Assembly (NCBI RefSeq): GCF_006345805.1
Contig: NC_043026.1
Location: forward strand, 6,572,001 to 6,636,000
Reading direction: 5' to 3'
DNA: 64,000 nt
Source: Octopus sinensis
Lineage: Eukaryota
In this document: piece after piece, positions 39,261-52,042 of the stretch
Position numbering within the stretch: the first letter of the stretch is position 1
How the letters are laid out: every line of letters starts with the position of its first letter
The notes under the pieces: model-generated
The model's input: only the letters and a program-made list of their open reading frames with translations
Databases searched by the model: none
What the model was told of the DNA's origin: nothing
Made by a program: the position numbers and the translations under genes

Positions 39261-39824
39261 ATGCTTCCCCATATATATAGAAAATCCAAAAATAAAATTG
39301 CAGAAGACAAAAAGAGAAATGAACCCTTAATCCAGGAAGAAAAATAATGAAAATAAAAGATATGGATGCATAAATGTCCTAGGGCAAGCTGCATGCATGA
39401 GTACACACACATATATATGTGTGTATATATTCTTTTACTCTTTTACTTGTTTCAGTCATTTGACTGCGGCCATGCTGGAGCACCGCCTTTAGTTGAGCAA
39501 ATCGACCCTGGGACTTATTCTTTGTAAGCCCAGTACTTATTCTATCGGTCTCTTTTGCCGAACCGCTAAGTGACGGGGACGTAAACACACCAGCATCGGT
39601 TGTCAAGCAATGCTAGAGGGACAAACACAGACACACAAACACACAAACATATATATATATACACGACAGGCTTCTTTCAGTTTCCGTCTACCAAATCCAC
39701 TCACAAGGCATTGGTCGGCCCGTGGCTATAGCAGAAGACACTTGCCCAAGATGCCATGCAGTGGGACTGAACCCGGAACCATGTGGTTGGTTAGCAAGCT
39801 ACTTACCACACAGCCACTCCTGCG

Positions 39825-39863
<39 letters not shown>

Positions 39864-40064
39864 TGGGCTTCTTTCAGTTTCCGTCTACTCATATTATATA
39901 TTTGTATATATATTTATTAATCCTATATTTTTCTATGTTCGATATCTTAATGTATGTTTTAATTTTGGACAAATTTTATCTTAATCAAATCCGCACACGT
40001 ATATATATATGTTGATAGTGGTTTCGTAAGAAAAATATAACCATAAATGTAAAAGACAATATAC

Positions 40065-40166
40065 CGTTCCACTGATTGTTCCGGAACCCATCAAATCTCC
40101 AGCGTTCACGTTGCAGCCGTTACTGGTGTGATGAACAAGTTGTTGTTTCATGGTCCAATACATGTA
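40065..40166 (-). CDS. FAH: FAH coding exon (human exon 12 equivalent)
   Basis: cccacag|...|gtatat; 102 nt; [34 protein letters not shown]. Confidence 0.97.
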
Positions 40167-40261
40167 CTGTGGGAAAGAGAGAGAGAAAGAGAAGATAAAA
40201 ACAGATTTGTGTATTATTTTTCTTTTATTATTATTTTTGTGTGTGTGCATTATTTTTCTTT

Positions 40262-40531
40262 TTTCTGCGGGGTCATTCCGAAAAGCTCTATCTGCGACGA
40301 TTTCATCTCAATCGAAGGAGAGGGGCTTTCTCCGTCCGGGTTGCGGATCCGTGGAATAAGCTGCCAGACGAGATGGTGAAGATGCCAACGACCGCTCGGT
40401 TCAAAGTCTCCCTTGACCTCAAGTGGCCTGAACTCTTTACATGAACACCCTCCCTGTACATAACTCCATGTCTCCCTACATGGCCTGGCTTTTTGCTTTT
40501 TGAGCCAAAAAATTAACTAACTAACTAACTC
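40262..40531 (+). pseudogene. CR1/L2-group LINE 3' end in an FAH intron
   Basis: [38 protein letters not shown]...FKVSLD, then a short UTR and (AACT)n tail. Confidence 0.8.
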
Positions 40532-40802
40532 AAAGTTTATTTTGGAATTCCTCGTGTCTTGCATGCATCAGCAGCTTATTGTACCATGCTATTAGTTCTC
40601 TTCAACTATCTTCGGTACTTTCCTAAGGATTCTGGCTGGGCCAACAAGGCAACCTTTTTGCAACAGCTCAACAGGACACTCTTCCCATTTCCTTATTATT
40701 ATTTCGGTTTGGCTCAGGTTTGGTCTTATTCTTGGCAGGAATTATGTAGACAGTGGCTTACTTACTTGTAACCTTAAGTATCCAAAAGTTTGCAGAAGTC
40801 TT

Positions 40803-41005
40803 TCAAGTGCTTAAAACCCTCCTCATAATCCTTGCTGTCCCTAAGAGACAAACTCTCTATAGGAACTCTACCAGGCATTCTATTCCAATCTATATCTTGG
40901 CTTACTGTCCCCCAAAGCACCAAATATTATAGGCACCATCTTTCCTGTTTTCATGCTCCAAATTCTTCCTATTTCAAATTTTAAAGAATTGTATTTTCTT
41001 TGTTT
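40803..41005 (-). pseudogene. R4/Dong-like (restriction-like endonuclease) retrotransposon C-terminus
   Basis: RKYNSLKFEIGRIWSMKTGKMVPIIFGALG, frameshift, then CLLGTARIMRRVLST* with stop at 40805-40803. Confidence 0.75.
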
Positions 41006-41564
41006 TACTTTCACTTTCTTTATGATCCTGTGCCACCTGACTGGCTCCCCCGTGCTGGTGGCACATAAAAAGCACCATTTGTGAGTGGTCGATGCCAATG
41101 CTGCCTGACTTGGCATCCATGCTGGGGGAATGTAAAAAGCACCATTTGAGTACGGTCAACGCCAGTGCCGTCTTACTGGCACCTGTGCCGGTGACACATA
41201 AAGGCACCATTCGAGCGTGGTCGATGCCAGTGCCACCTGACTGGCTCCTGTGCCAGTGGTACATAAAAAGCACTCTTGGAGTGGTTGGCATTAGGAAGGG
41301 CATCCAGCTGTAGAAACATTGCCAAATCAGATTGGAACCTGGTGCAGCCCCCTGGCTTGCCAGTTCTCAATCAAACCCATGCCAGCATGAAAAGCAGATG
41401 TTAAACGACAATGGTGATGATGATGGTGATGATGGTGGTGGTGGTGGTGGTGATGGTGATGGTGATGATAATGATGATGGTGATGATGATGATGATGATG
41501 ATATGTATATACATGCCCATTCCCACAGACACACCATAAAAACTGAATCCAAAAGAGAACTTAC

Positions 41565-41611
41565 CTTGAAGTTGGAACGAGAGACAACGGCAGGTTCTGA
41601 TGCATCAGGAA
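41565..41611 (-). CDS. FAH: FAH coding exon (human exon 11 equivalent)
   Basis: ttttag|...|gtaag; 47 nt; (V)PDASEPAVVSRSNFK. Confidence 0.93.
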
Positions 41612-41991
41612 CTAAAAATAACATAAATTCATATATATATAAATATATATAAAAAAAAACAGAAAGAAATCTATACGCTGTTAGTTGCAACAACACAGGT
41701 TCCAGTAGTTCCGTTCAATGGAACAGCCTACTCATTGAAATTAATGAGCAAGTGGCTGAGTACTCCACAGACACATGTACCCTTAATGTAGTTCTCAGGG
41801 AGATTCAACGAGATACAGAATGCGACAAGGCTGGCCCCTTGAATTAAAGGAACAACTTGTTTTTGCCAGCTGAGTGGACTGAAGCGATGTGAGATAAAGT
41901 ATCTTGCTCAAGGACACAATGCATTGCCAAAAACAGAACTCACGACCTTACAATCATGAGCCGAAGAACTTAACCATTACGCCAAGCACTT

Positions 41992-42030
<39 letters not shown>

Positions 42031-42397
42031 AGCACAGAAGAGAGCAATGATCGTTGGTGGAGGAACACGTTCGACTATGAATCAGCTGGACCAGGGACTA
42101 GACAACAACAAGTCACCATAAAGATCACTGAAGGAGAGAGAGAGACAGAGACAGAGAGAGAGAGAGAGAGAGAGGCAGAGAGACAGACAGACAGGGAGAA
42201 AGAGACAGAGAGAGAGACAGACAGACAGAAAGAGAGAGGCAGAGACACAGAGACAGACAGAAAGAGAGAGAGACAGACAGAAAGAGAGAGAGACAGAGAG
42301 AGGCAGACAGACAGACAGACAGAGAGAGAGAGACACACAGACAGAAAGAGAGAGACAGAGAGAGAGAGAGAAAGAGAGTGATTGGTGATGCTCTTAC

Positions 42398-42473
42398 CTT
42401 TTATGGAGACATCCAGCTTGATATCAAAGTTGTAGTTGTCCGGATGGCTGAGGTGGGGCAGTGCTGGTGGGTC
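42398..42473 (-). CDS. FAH: FAH coding exon (human exon 10 equivalent)
   Basis: ttgacag|...|gtaag; 76 nt; DPPALPHLSHPDNYNFDIKLDVSIK. Confidence 0.95.
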
Positions 42474-44139
42474 CTGTCAAAATAGAAATTTACACATCTC
42501 CTTATTAACCTGCTCGTTCATTTGCCCTTTATAGTTAACGAGGGGGAGGTGATTATAATATGTCAACTTGGAACTTATTGCAAAGCATCGTGATAATCAT
42601 TGTTTTGTCTTCCCATTCGAGGGAATCAGTACAGTTTTTATTTTGTGTGTCTAACCTCTTTCTTTCTCTCTCTCTTTCTGTTGATTGTTTTCAACCATCA
42701 CCATCACCCACCATCGCCACCGCAACTGCCATACACACACCATTCAGACTTCCGATGCCACTACCATCAACACCTTTGACTTCGCTGCCATCCCCTCCAC
42801 CCCCATCACCACTGTCTTTCACATGCCTTACTACCACCGTCATGCTTGACCACCTCAGCTACAACCACCACCACCTCCACCTCTATCACAACTACAGCTC
42901 ATACTACTACTATCATCTCATTACCTATTTCTTTACTACCCTGAAGGGGCTAAACACAGAGGGGACAAACAAGGACAGACAAATGGATTAAGTCGATTAC
43001 ATCAACCCCAGTGTGTCACTGGTACTTAATTTATCGACCCTGAAAGGATGAAAGGTAAAATCGACCTTGGTGGAATTTGAACTCAGAACGTAGCGGCAGA
43101 CGAAATACTTATTTCTTTACTACCCACAGGGGGCTAAACATAGAGGGGACAAACAAGGACAGACAAATGGATTAAGTCGATTACATCAACCCCAGTGCGT
43201 AACAGGTACTTAATTTATCGACCCCGAAAGGATGAAAGGCAAAGTCGACCTTGGTGGAATTTGAACTCACAACGTAACGCAGACGAAATACCGCTAAGCA
43301 TTTCGCCCGGCGCGCTAACGTTTCTGCCAGCTCGCCTTACTACCACCGTCATGCTTGACCACCTCAGCTACAACCACCACCACCTCCACCTCTATCACAA
43401 CTACAGGTCATACTACTACTATCACCTCATTACCACCACAACTGTCAATATACTACCACCTTCACCATCTCTATGCCTGTTACTCTCACCCTAGCAAGAG
43501 GAGTAGAAGAAGTGTCATTGAATAGTGAGAGAGGGGGGGTCAAAGTGTGACACACTGACACACAGAAATTCATTTTGGCATTTATTATTACAGATGGTTC
43601 AAAATTATACAAAAAGCCAAAAACAGAAGACAGAGGCAGGTGAGGAAACAACAAAGAAGGTGTATTAGTCTGATGCTGAGAAAAAACGGAAAAAGTCTTA
43701 GACATTTCTAATCAGGATGAGAAAAAAACAGATGAAGAGAAGTTAAAAAATGTCTGAATGTGTGTGTGCGTGTGTGTGTGTGCAGGTGTGTGTGTGTGTG
43801 TGTGCATGCAGGTGTGTGTGTGCAGGTGGTGTGTGTGTGTGTGTGTGCATGCAGGTGTGTGTGTGTGTGTGTGTGCATGCAGGTGGTGTGTGTGTGTGCA
43901 TGCAGGTGTGTGGTGTGTGTGTGCAGGTGTGTGTGTGTGTGTGCATGCAGGTGTGTGTGTGTGTGTGTGTGTGCAGTGTGTGTGTGTGTGTGCGTGCAGG
44001 TGTGTGTGTGTGTGTGCAGGTGTGTGTGTGTGTGTGCAGGTGTGCGTGTGTGTGTGCATGCAGGTGTGTGTGTGTGTGTGTGCAGGTGTGTGTGTACTTT
44101 GTAGAGAAACTCATTTAACAAAATGGAACAATATCTTAC

Positions 44140-44270
44140 CTGAGGCAGATTGTCTGTGACAAAGGGTTTGAGGGCTTCCATAGTGACCACCCAAGGAGAA
44201 ATACTGGTGCCGATGCTTTTAGCAAGGAATGGTCCAAGGGGAACATATTCCCACTTTTGAATGTCACGGG
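44140..44270 (-). CDS. FAH: FAH coding exon (human exon 9 equivalent)
   Basis: tttccag|...|gtaag; 131 nt; [43 protein letters not shown]. Confidence 0.98.
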
Positions 44271-44820
44271 CTGGAAATAACCCAAAGAAAAGAAACAAAT
44301 AAAGAAATGAATCATGGCTGCCTCCCAACCCAAAGGTTCTGGGTTCAGTCCTACATCGTGGCACCTTGGGCAAGTGTCTTCTACTATAGCCTCAGGCCGA
44401 CCAATGCCTTGTGAGTGGATTTGGTTGACGGAAACTGAAAGAAGCCCGTCGTATATATGTGTACTTGTGTGTGTGTGTGTGTCACCAACATCACTGCTTG
44501 ACAACCGGTGTTTGTGTGTTTACGTCCCCATAACTAAGTGGTTCAGCAAACGACACAGAGTAAGTACTAGGTTTAAAACAATGAAGTCCTGGGAGTCAAT
44601 TTGTTTGATTAAAAACCTTTTAAGGCGGTGCTCCAGCATGGCTGCAGTCAAATGGCCCAACATTCTAGGGCTTAGAAAAACTGAAGGACCCCTGCAATAA
44701 GTCTGTGAATCTGAGAGGGGAATATGTTGAATAGAATCATAACTGATCCTCTTGGATTTTCTTTTACCCAAAGCCACCAACCTTTCACCAACCCCTCATG
44801 TATATATATACAATACATAT

Positions 44821-44888
<68 letters not shown>

Positions 44889-45110
44889 GATACATATATA
44901 ATGCAAATATGTATAATACACATACATCATAAACAAAATCTCACAGGCACAAGAGTGGCTGTGTGGTAAGTAGCTTGCTTACCAACCACATGGTTCTGGG
45001 TTCAGTCCCACTGCGTGGCACCTTGGGCAAGTGTCTTCTGCTATAGCCTCGGGCCGACCAATGCCTTGTGAGTGGATTTGGTAGACGGAAACTGAAAGAA
45101 GCCTGTCGTA

Positions 45111-45153
<43 letters not shown>

Positions 45154-45630
45154 TATATATAAGTGTGTGTGTATATGTTTGTGTGTCTGTGTTTGTCCCC
45201 CTAGCATTGCTTGACAACCGATGCTGGTGTGTTTACGTCCCCGTCACTTAGCGGTTCGGCAAAAGAGACCGATAGAATAAGTACTGGGCTTACAAAAGAA
45301 TAAGTCCCGGGGTCGATTTGCTCGACTAAAGGTGGTGCTCCAGCATGGCCGCAGTCAAATGACTGAAACAAGTAAAAGAGTAAAAGAGAGTAAAGAGTAT
45401 GCTAAGGTGTAAGTCAATAGCTTCAGGAAGCAAATGCAAAGAGATGTCCTTACTTCTTCTGGATACATCAAAAACTCTTTTTTTGCCCAAATTCCTCCAA
45501 TTTTAAATTCCAACAAAAATCAAAAAAGAAATTTTTTTTTTAAATAACCCCGCAAAAAAGCAATGAAGACCCCACAGGATACAACCGTCAATATACGGCA
45601 GCACCCTGAAGACCCCTTTCTTCTACTTAC

Positions 45631-45786
45631 CGCTCCAATCATTCATGACCACCATTCCAAAGATATGCTCCTCTGCCTTCGCCATGGGGATGTTGGTGCC
45701 AAGGTTGTTGGAGGGACCTCCCACAAAGAAAGCCATCTCGAGTTCAATGTCCATGAGGCGGCAAGGGCCGAAAACAGGGGGTTTGC
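45631..45786 (-). CDS. FAH: FAH coding exon (human exons 7+8 as one exon)
   Basis: cttccag|...|gtaag; 156 nt; [51 protein letters not shown](A), with the metal-binding E-x-E and D233 equivalents. Confidence 0.97.
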
Positions 45787-45944
45787 CTGGAAGCAAAATA
45801 CACGAAATAAAGAAGTATACAGCTAGCTCTCCCCCTCACTCTCAGGGTCCACAAAAGGTGTAATTATGCTTTGTATCTTTGCTTCTCTCTCAATATATAT
45901 ATATATGCACCTATCTTTGCCTTTTGTGTATTTTCTGTAAATTT

Positions 45945-46010
<66 letters not shown>

Positions 46011-46027
46011 GACAGCCAGACAGATAG

Positions 46028-46083
<56 letters not shown>

Positions 46084-46098
46084 TACATAGATAGATAA

Positions 46099-46131
<33 letters not shown>

Positions 46132-46459
46132 TGGAGGCGCAATGGCCCAGTGGTTAGGGCAGTGGACTCTCGTTTCGATTCCCAGTCCAGGTGTTGTGTA
46201 TGTTTATTGAGTGAAAACACCTAAAGCTCCATGAGGCTCCGGCAGAGGGGGGGGAGGCGATCCCTGCTGTACTCTTTCGCCCCAACTGTCCATCACTCTT
46301 CTTCCTGTTCCTTGAGCAATGCTGCGACGGACTGGCGCCCCGTCTAGCTGGAAGCGGGGATCACATACGCCATAGAAACTGGGAAACCGGGCCCATGAGC
46401 CTGGCTAGGCTTGAAAAGGGCGCATGTATTATATATATATATATTATATATATATATAT

Positions 46460-46513
<54 letters not shown>

Positions 46514-46647
46514 CAGATAGATATATATATTTATATATACATATATAGATAGATAGACAGATACGTGGCGCTCCATCGGTTACGATGACGAGGGTTCCAG
46601 TTGCTCCAATCAACGGAACAGCCTGCTCATGAAATTAATGTGCAATC

Positions 46648-46747
46648 AGAAAGCCCCTACTTTCGGAAACAAACATTATAGAATTGGTCCCTAGAGCAGT
46701 GGAAGAATCTTATTTCCTCGGATGAGTCATCCTTTACCCTATTTCTA
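46648..46747 (+). pseudogene. Tc1-type transposase fragment
   Basis: RKPLLSETN, then frameshifted WSLEQWKNLISSDESSFTLF (the WxxVxFSDES motif carrying the first catalytic Asp). Confidence 0.7.
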
Positions 46748-47362
46748 ATGTGCCATTAGATAACGTAGTCCTAGATACACTATGGTGGAATAAAAGATGA
46801 GATGGTCATGGCTGGAACGTCTTTGACCACTGACCTGGGCTAAGCAACAACAAGAAAGGGCACATTAGATAATGTAGTCCTAGATACACTATGCCTGAAT
46901 CAAAGACGGGATGGTCACAGCTGGAACATCTTTGATCATAGGTCTACTGGATCAACACTGACCTGGGGCTAAGCAACAACAAGAAGGACACATTAGATAA
47001 TGTAGTCCTAGATACACTATGCCTGAATGAAATACGGGATGGTCACAGCTGGAACATCTTTGATCATAGGTCTACTGGATCAGGACTGACCTGGGGCTAA
47101 ACAACAAGAAGGACACATTAGATAATGTAGTCCTAGATACACTATGCCTGAATCAAAGACGGGATGGTCACAGCTGGAACATCTTTGATCATAGGTCTAC
47201 TGGATCAAGACTGACCTGGGACTAAGCAACAACAAGAAAGGGCACATTAAATAATGTAGTCCTAGATACACTATGTCTGAATAAAAGACAAGATGGCTGC
47301 AAACTGGAGCGCCTTTGATCATAGGTCTGTTGGCTCAAGGCTGACCTGGGGCTAAACAATAG
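46745..47362 (-). repeat. Dispersed approximately 120-bp minisatellite family
   Basis: Unit cacattagataatgtagtcctagatacactatgcctgaat...gacctggggctaa, 5 copies; the reverse complement occurs at 21775-22200 (about 4 copies) and 35335-35630 (about 3 copies), with partial units near 49505 and 49957. Confidence 0.9.
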
Positions 47363-47387
47363 CAACAAGTGAATCCAATCTCCTTAC

Positions 47388-47485
47388 TTTCATCGGCCCT
47401 TGTTTGTCCATTTGGTCTGCGAACAGGTGTGCCAGAGATTATAACTGATGACGCTCTGCCATGGTAACCAACAGGTAGGTAAGTC
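47388..47485 (-). CDS. FAH: FAH coding exon (human exon 6 equivalent)
   Basis: ttttccag|...|gtaag; 98 nt; [32 protein letters not shown](S). Confidence 0.97.
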
Positions 47486-47511
47486 CTGGAAAATAATTCA
47501 TAAAAGAAACC

Positions 47512-48275
47512 TTTATTATTATCATCGTTATCATTCTTATTAGTTATTATTATCATTATTCTTAATTATTATTATCATCATCATTATCATTATTATCATT
47601 ATTCTTAATTATTATTATCATTATTATCATTATTCTTAATTATTATTATCATCATTATTCTTAATTATTATTATCATTATTATCATCATCATTATTCTTA
47701 ATTATTATTATCATTATTCTTAATTATTATTATCATTATTATCATTATTCTTAATTATTATCATCATCATTATTCTTAATTATTATTATCATTATTATCA
47801 TTATCATTATTCTTAATTATTATTATCATTATTATCATTATCATTATTCTTAATTATCATTATCATCATTATCATTATTCTTAGTTATTATTATCATTAT
47901 CATCATTATCATTATTCTTAATTATTATTATCATTATTCTTAATTATTATTATCATTATTATCATTATCATTATTCTTAATTATTATTATCATTATCATT
48001 ATTCTTAATTATTATTATCATTATTATCATTATCATTATTCATTATCATTCTTAATTATAATCATCATCATCATTATTATTACTATTATTATTATTATTA
48101 TTATCATTAATTATTATTATTACTATTATTATTATTATTATTACTATTATTATTATTATTACTATTATTATTATTATTATTATTAATATTATCATTATTA
48201 TCATTATTATTATTATTATCATCATTATCATTATTATTAATTATTATTAATTATTATTAATCATTATTATTATTA
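47512..48275. repeat. Compound (ATT/ATC)n array in an FAH intron
   Basis: Recurring attcttaattattattatc subunits. Confidence 0.95.
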
Positions 48276-48385
48276 TTGCTAAGGTGGCGAGTTGGCAGAA
48301 TCTAGACAAGTAAAAGAATAAAAAGAACATACACATGGAACCCCTCCCCGAGCACCTTGCTTAAAACGAAGCACTCAATACTCAC

Positions 48386-48476
48386 CAGTTTGGCATCAAG
48401 GCATTCTCAGGGCCCCTAAACATGCATCCAACATTGTAGGCATGGTTCTTAGATGAATAGAAGTCAGTGTAGTCAC
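48386..48476 (-). CDS. FAH: FAH coding exon (human exon 5 equivalent)
   Basis: tttgcag|...|gtgag; 91 nt; [29 protein letters not shown](W), containing the D126/H133/R142 equivalents. Confidence 0.97.
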
Positions 48477-49296
48477 CTGCAAAGCATAACGATCGTTATG
48501 ATAATTACAATGATTATAATTATGATGATAATTAAAGCAACTCAGCCCCGCCCACTCACCCATGCATTTGCTAAAAGAAAACCGCCCATGCTGGAGCCAC
48601 ATGAAAGTGCTTGTGTCAATGTTATGTAAGGAGCACCGATGTTAGTGCCACGCGAGAGGCACTCGTGTCAGTGCCACTTGCAAAATGTACCTGTGTTGGT
48701 GCCAGGTGAAAGTCACATAGAAAGGGAGACGTGTTGAGGACATCTTTTAATGTGGACACGTCCACCTTGTCTCTTTCAATAGCGTAAATACATGGGCACT
48801 GAATATATTGGCTCTTAAGGTCCAGCTGAAGATTTTCTAAGATGCACACCGAGGGGGGGGGGATAAGGGGAGATAATGAGAGGGGAAAGAGAGGGAGAGA
48901 AGGAGAGTGATGGGGAGATAATGAGAGGGGAAGAGAGGGAGGGAAAGAGAGAGGGAGAGGAGAGAAAGGGGTGGGGGAGATAAGGGGAAAGAGAGGGAGG
49001 GAAAGAGAGGTGGGGAGATAATGAGAGGGGAAAGAGAGGGAGAGAAAGAAAGTGAGAGAGAGAGAGATAATGAGAGAGAGACAGAGAGAAAGAAAGAAAG
49101 AAAGAGAGAAAGAAAAAAAGAGAAAGAGAGAAAGAAAGAAAGAAAGAAAAAGAAGAGAGAAAGAAAGAAAGAAAGAAAGAAAGAAAAAAGAAAGAAAGAA
49201 AGAAAGAAAGGAACGAACGAACGACAGTGGTAGGAAGGAAGACACACAGACAGACAGACAAACAGAGAAGCAAAGAAACAGTTAAAGCGCCGTTAC

Positions 49297-49346
49297 CGAT
49301 TCTGGCAGGAAGATGCATTTTCGCTTTATTCTGAGGAACAAAAGCT
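49297..49346 (-). CDS. FAH: FAH coding exon (human exon 4 equivalent)
   Basis: ttttgcag|...|gtaac; 50 nt; AFVPQNKAKMHLPARI(G); phases agree with both neighbouring exons. Confidence 0.95.
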
Positions 49347-50102
49347 CTGCAAAACAGAAGAAAACAAAAACCAAATCATTATGGAATAATTAACAAGAAT
49401 TTCTTTCATTTCATCTTTTATTTGTTTCTTCAATGATCAAATGGTGGCCATGCTGGGGCACAGCGTTGAAGAATTTTAGCCAAATGAATCGACCCAAGAA
49501 CATCTCTGATCACAGGCCTACTGGATCAAGACTGACCTGGGGCTAAATAACAACAAAAATAAAGGACACATAGGCGCAGGAGTGGCTGTGTGGTAAGTAG
49601 CTTGCTAACCAACCACATGGTTGCGGGTTCAGTCCCACTGCGTGGCATCTTGGGCAAGTGTCTTCTGCTATAGCCCCGGGCTGACCATTGCCTTGTGAGT
49701 GGATTTGGTAGACGGAAACTGAAAGAAGCCTGTCGTATATATGTATATATATATATATGTATGTGTGTGTGTTTGTGTGTCTGTGTAAATCCCCCTAGCA
49801 TTGCTTGACAACCAATGCTGGTGTGTTTACGTCCCCGTCACTTAGCAGTTCGGCAAAAGAGAATAAGTCCCGGGGTCGATTTGCTCGACTAAAGGCGGTG
49901 CTCCAGCATGGCCGCAGTCAAATGACTGAAACAAGTAAAAGAGAGTAAAAGAGTATTAGATAATGTAGTTCTAGATACACTATGACTGAATATATAGTGA
50001 GGTGGTCATGTCTGGAAACATCTTTGATTATCGGTCAACTTGATCATGGCCTTGTGGGCAGTAAAGAAATAAGAAACGTAAAGCTATAGGGGTGAAACTT
50101 AC

Positions 50103-50224
50103 TTCTGCCTGAGCCCCGAGTCGTCCCTTAAAGTTGCTTCCGATGCTGACAGTATTTTCTGCAGGGTTGCTCTCGCTTCGCACCATGCTGCACGGGTCAT
50201 GCCCATGAAGGCGTTTAGAGTTTC
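50103..50224 (-). CDS. FAH: FAH coding exon (human exon 3 equivalent)
   Basis: tttcag|...|gtaag; 122 nt; [40 protein letters not shown](K). Confidence 0.96.
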
Positions 50225-50383
50225 CTGAAATCATAAAACAAGGAAAGCTGTCTCAATATACAATAAACAGACAACACCCCAAAAACAAACCTATGTTTGT
50301 TTACATATCACATAACTTATACGAGATCAGGCATTTCTGGATGACTTTATAAATTCTAGAAATTGCAGAAGAATTTGTTGGTT

Positions 50384-50456
50384 GGCAGTTTAGCTTAAAG
50401 GTAGAGCACTCTAACCAGATATTAGAGGGATGTGAGTTCAATCCTCATAGCTGGTT
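50384..50456 (+). pseudogene. tRNA-like cloverleaf (pseudogene or SINE head), antisense within an FAH intron
   Basis: D arm GCTT/GAGC, anticodon stem CTCTA(A)/(T)TAGAG, T arm GTGAG-TTCAATC-CTCAT, imperfect acceptor stem; non-canonical anticodon loop. Confidence 0.5.
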
Positions 50457-51931
50457 GCTGACAGATTTTATTATATATATGTTATTCTGTCAATATTTAC
50501 ACGTTGAAAAATATATTCTTCTTCTTGTTCTACAATACATTTCAATGCTTCAAAAACAAACTTATGTTTATTATTTACATTATTTACATTTGACAGATAT
50601 TTGTCCTCATCTTGTTTGTCCTCATCTGATATACCCTCCAGCCTTCTTCAGGTGTTTCATTTTTTTACTGTGCACAAGGGGTTAAACAGAGAGGACAAAC
50701 AAGGACAGACAAATGGATGAAGTTGATTATATCGACCCCAGTGCGTAACTGGTACTTAATTTATCGACCCCGAAAGGATGAAAAGTAAAGTCAACCTTGG
50801 CGGAATTTGAACTCAGAACGTAATGGCAGACAAAATACCGCTAAGCATATATATATATAGAATATATATTATGATGCAAGATTAAAACATAATGAGTGTA
50901 TAAAGTTATAAATAACGAGAGAAAAAATATGATAGCATTTTCTCATATTTCTCTGGTCATTTATAACTTTATATTACATAAATGCTTCTTGTATTACGAC
51001 CTCCATACCTCAAGGGTATGCCCCGGCACTTGCCATTGTCTATTTCTCTCTCTGACTCAACCATCCCATTGGTATCCTAATTCTTAATCCTTGTGAGTAT
51101 GCCCTGGCATTTTGCCAACATCTCTCTCTCTCTTACACCCTTGCTGTCTCCCACTCTCTCTCACTCTTTCTCTCTCTTTCTCTTCCCTCGGGATGGAGAG
51201 CCATGTATCTCCTCTGCAGCAGCAGCCGTTCAAGAATTTGGATCTGGAGATCTCCATTTCCAGCGGCTTCGAGGGCCACCTCCCAGTGGTGTCGGGCGTC
51301 AACGAAGAGCCCTTGACTACAACAAGACGACCAAAGTTGTTTTTTTTTTCCTAGTTCTGGGGTCTCCCACCCCTAAGCCCTAGACCATCATCTAATCACC
51401 CTTACCCGTCTTGCTGCTTAACAACAACAACAACAACAATAGCCGTTTCTGTCCCCATCTCTGATCACTCTCTCGCGCTCTCTGGCCAGGTAACCTTGTA
51501 CCTCCTCTACAGCAAAACACCTGTTTCTGTCTCTCTGTCTCACTCTAACCTTTCATCATCATGACACAAGATCACCCCCTCCTCCAATGCCCCATCCCCT
51601 CACAAAGACTCTTTGTCTTGCAAGTTACTTGGGAACCCTGTCAGTGCTGGTGCCACTTAAATAGATAGATAGATAGATAGAGATAGATAGATGGATAGAT
51701 GGATAGATGGATGGATGGATGGATAAACAGAGAGACAGACAGATGGACAGATAAACTGATAGAGAGGGAGTGAAAACAGATTAACTGGACAACTAGACAA
51801 ACAGAGTGAGAGAGAGAGAGAGATGCTGTACTGGGAAGAGATCAATGGAATTTGAGCAAAATTTGGTAAGAAAAAAAATGTGGTGAAGTTTGTGGAACAA
51901 TCTGTGAGATGATGCTGTCTGTATACTTTAC

Positions 51932-52042
51932 CATTTCGAAGACATGCTGGGAATTCTTCAGTTCTGGTCCAGTGAAGAGATGCTTGACCACGCTGAGGTC
52001 CAGAATCTGGTCACCAATGGCAACACCAATTCTATGGTGAGG
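51932..52042 (-). CDS. FAH: Fumarylacetoacetase coding exon (equivalent to human exon 2)
   Basis: ttttgcag|...|gtaaag; 111 nt; [37 protein letters not shown] matches human [26 protein letters not shown]. Confidence 0.97.

Noticed and set aside
51180-51460. GC-rich block with short ORFs in an FAH intron
   Set aside because: No recognisable domain in any frame; probably a repeat fragment that cannot be assigned from sequence alone.
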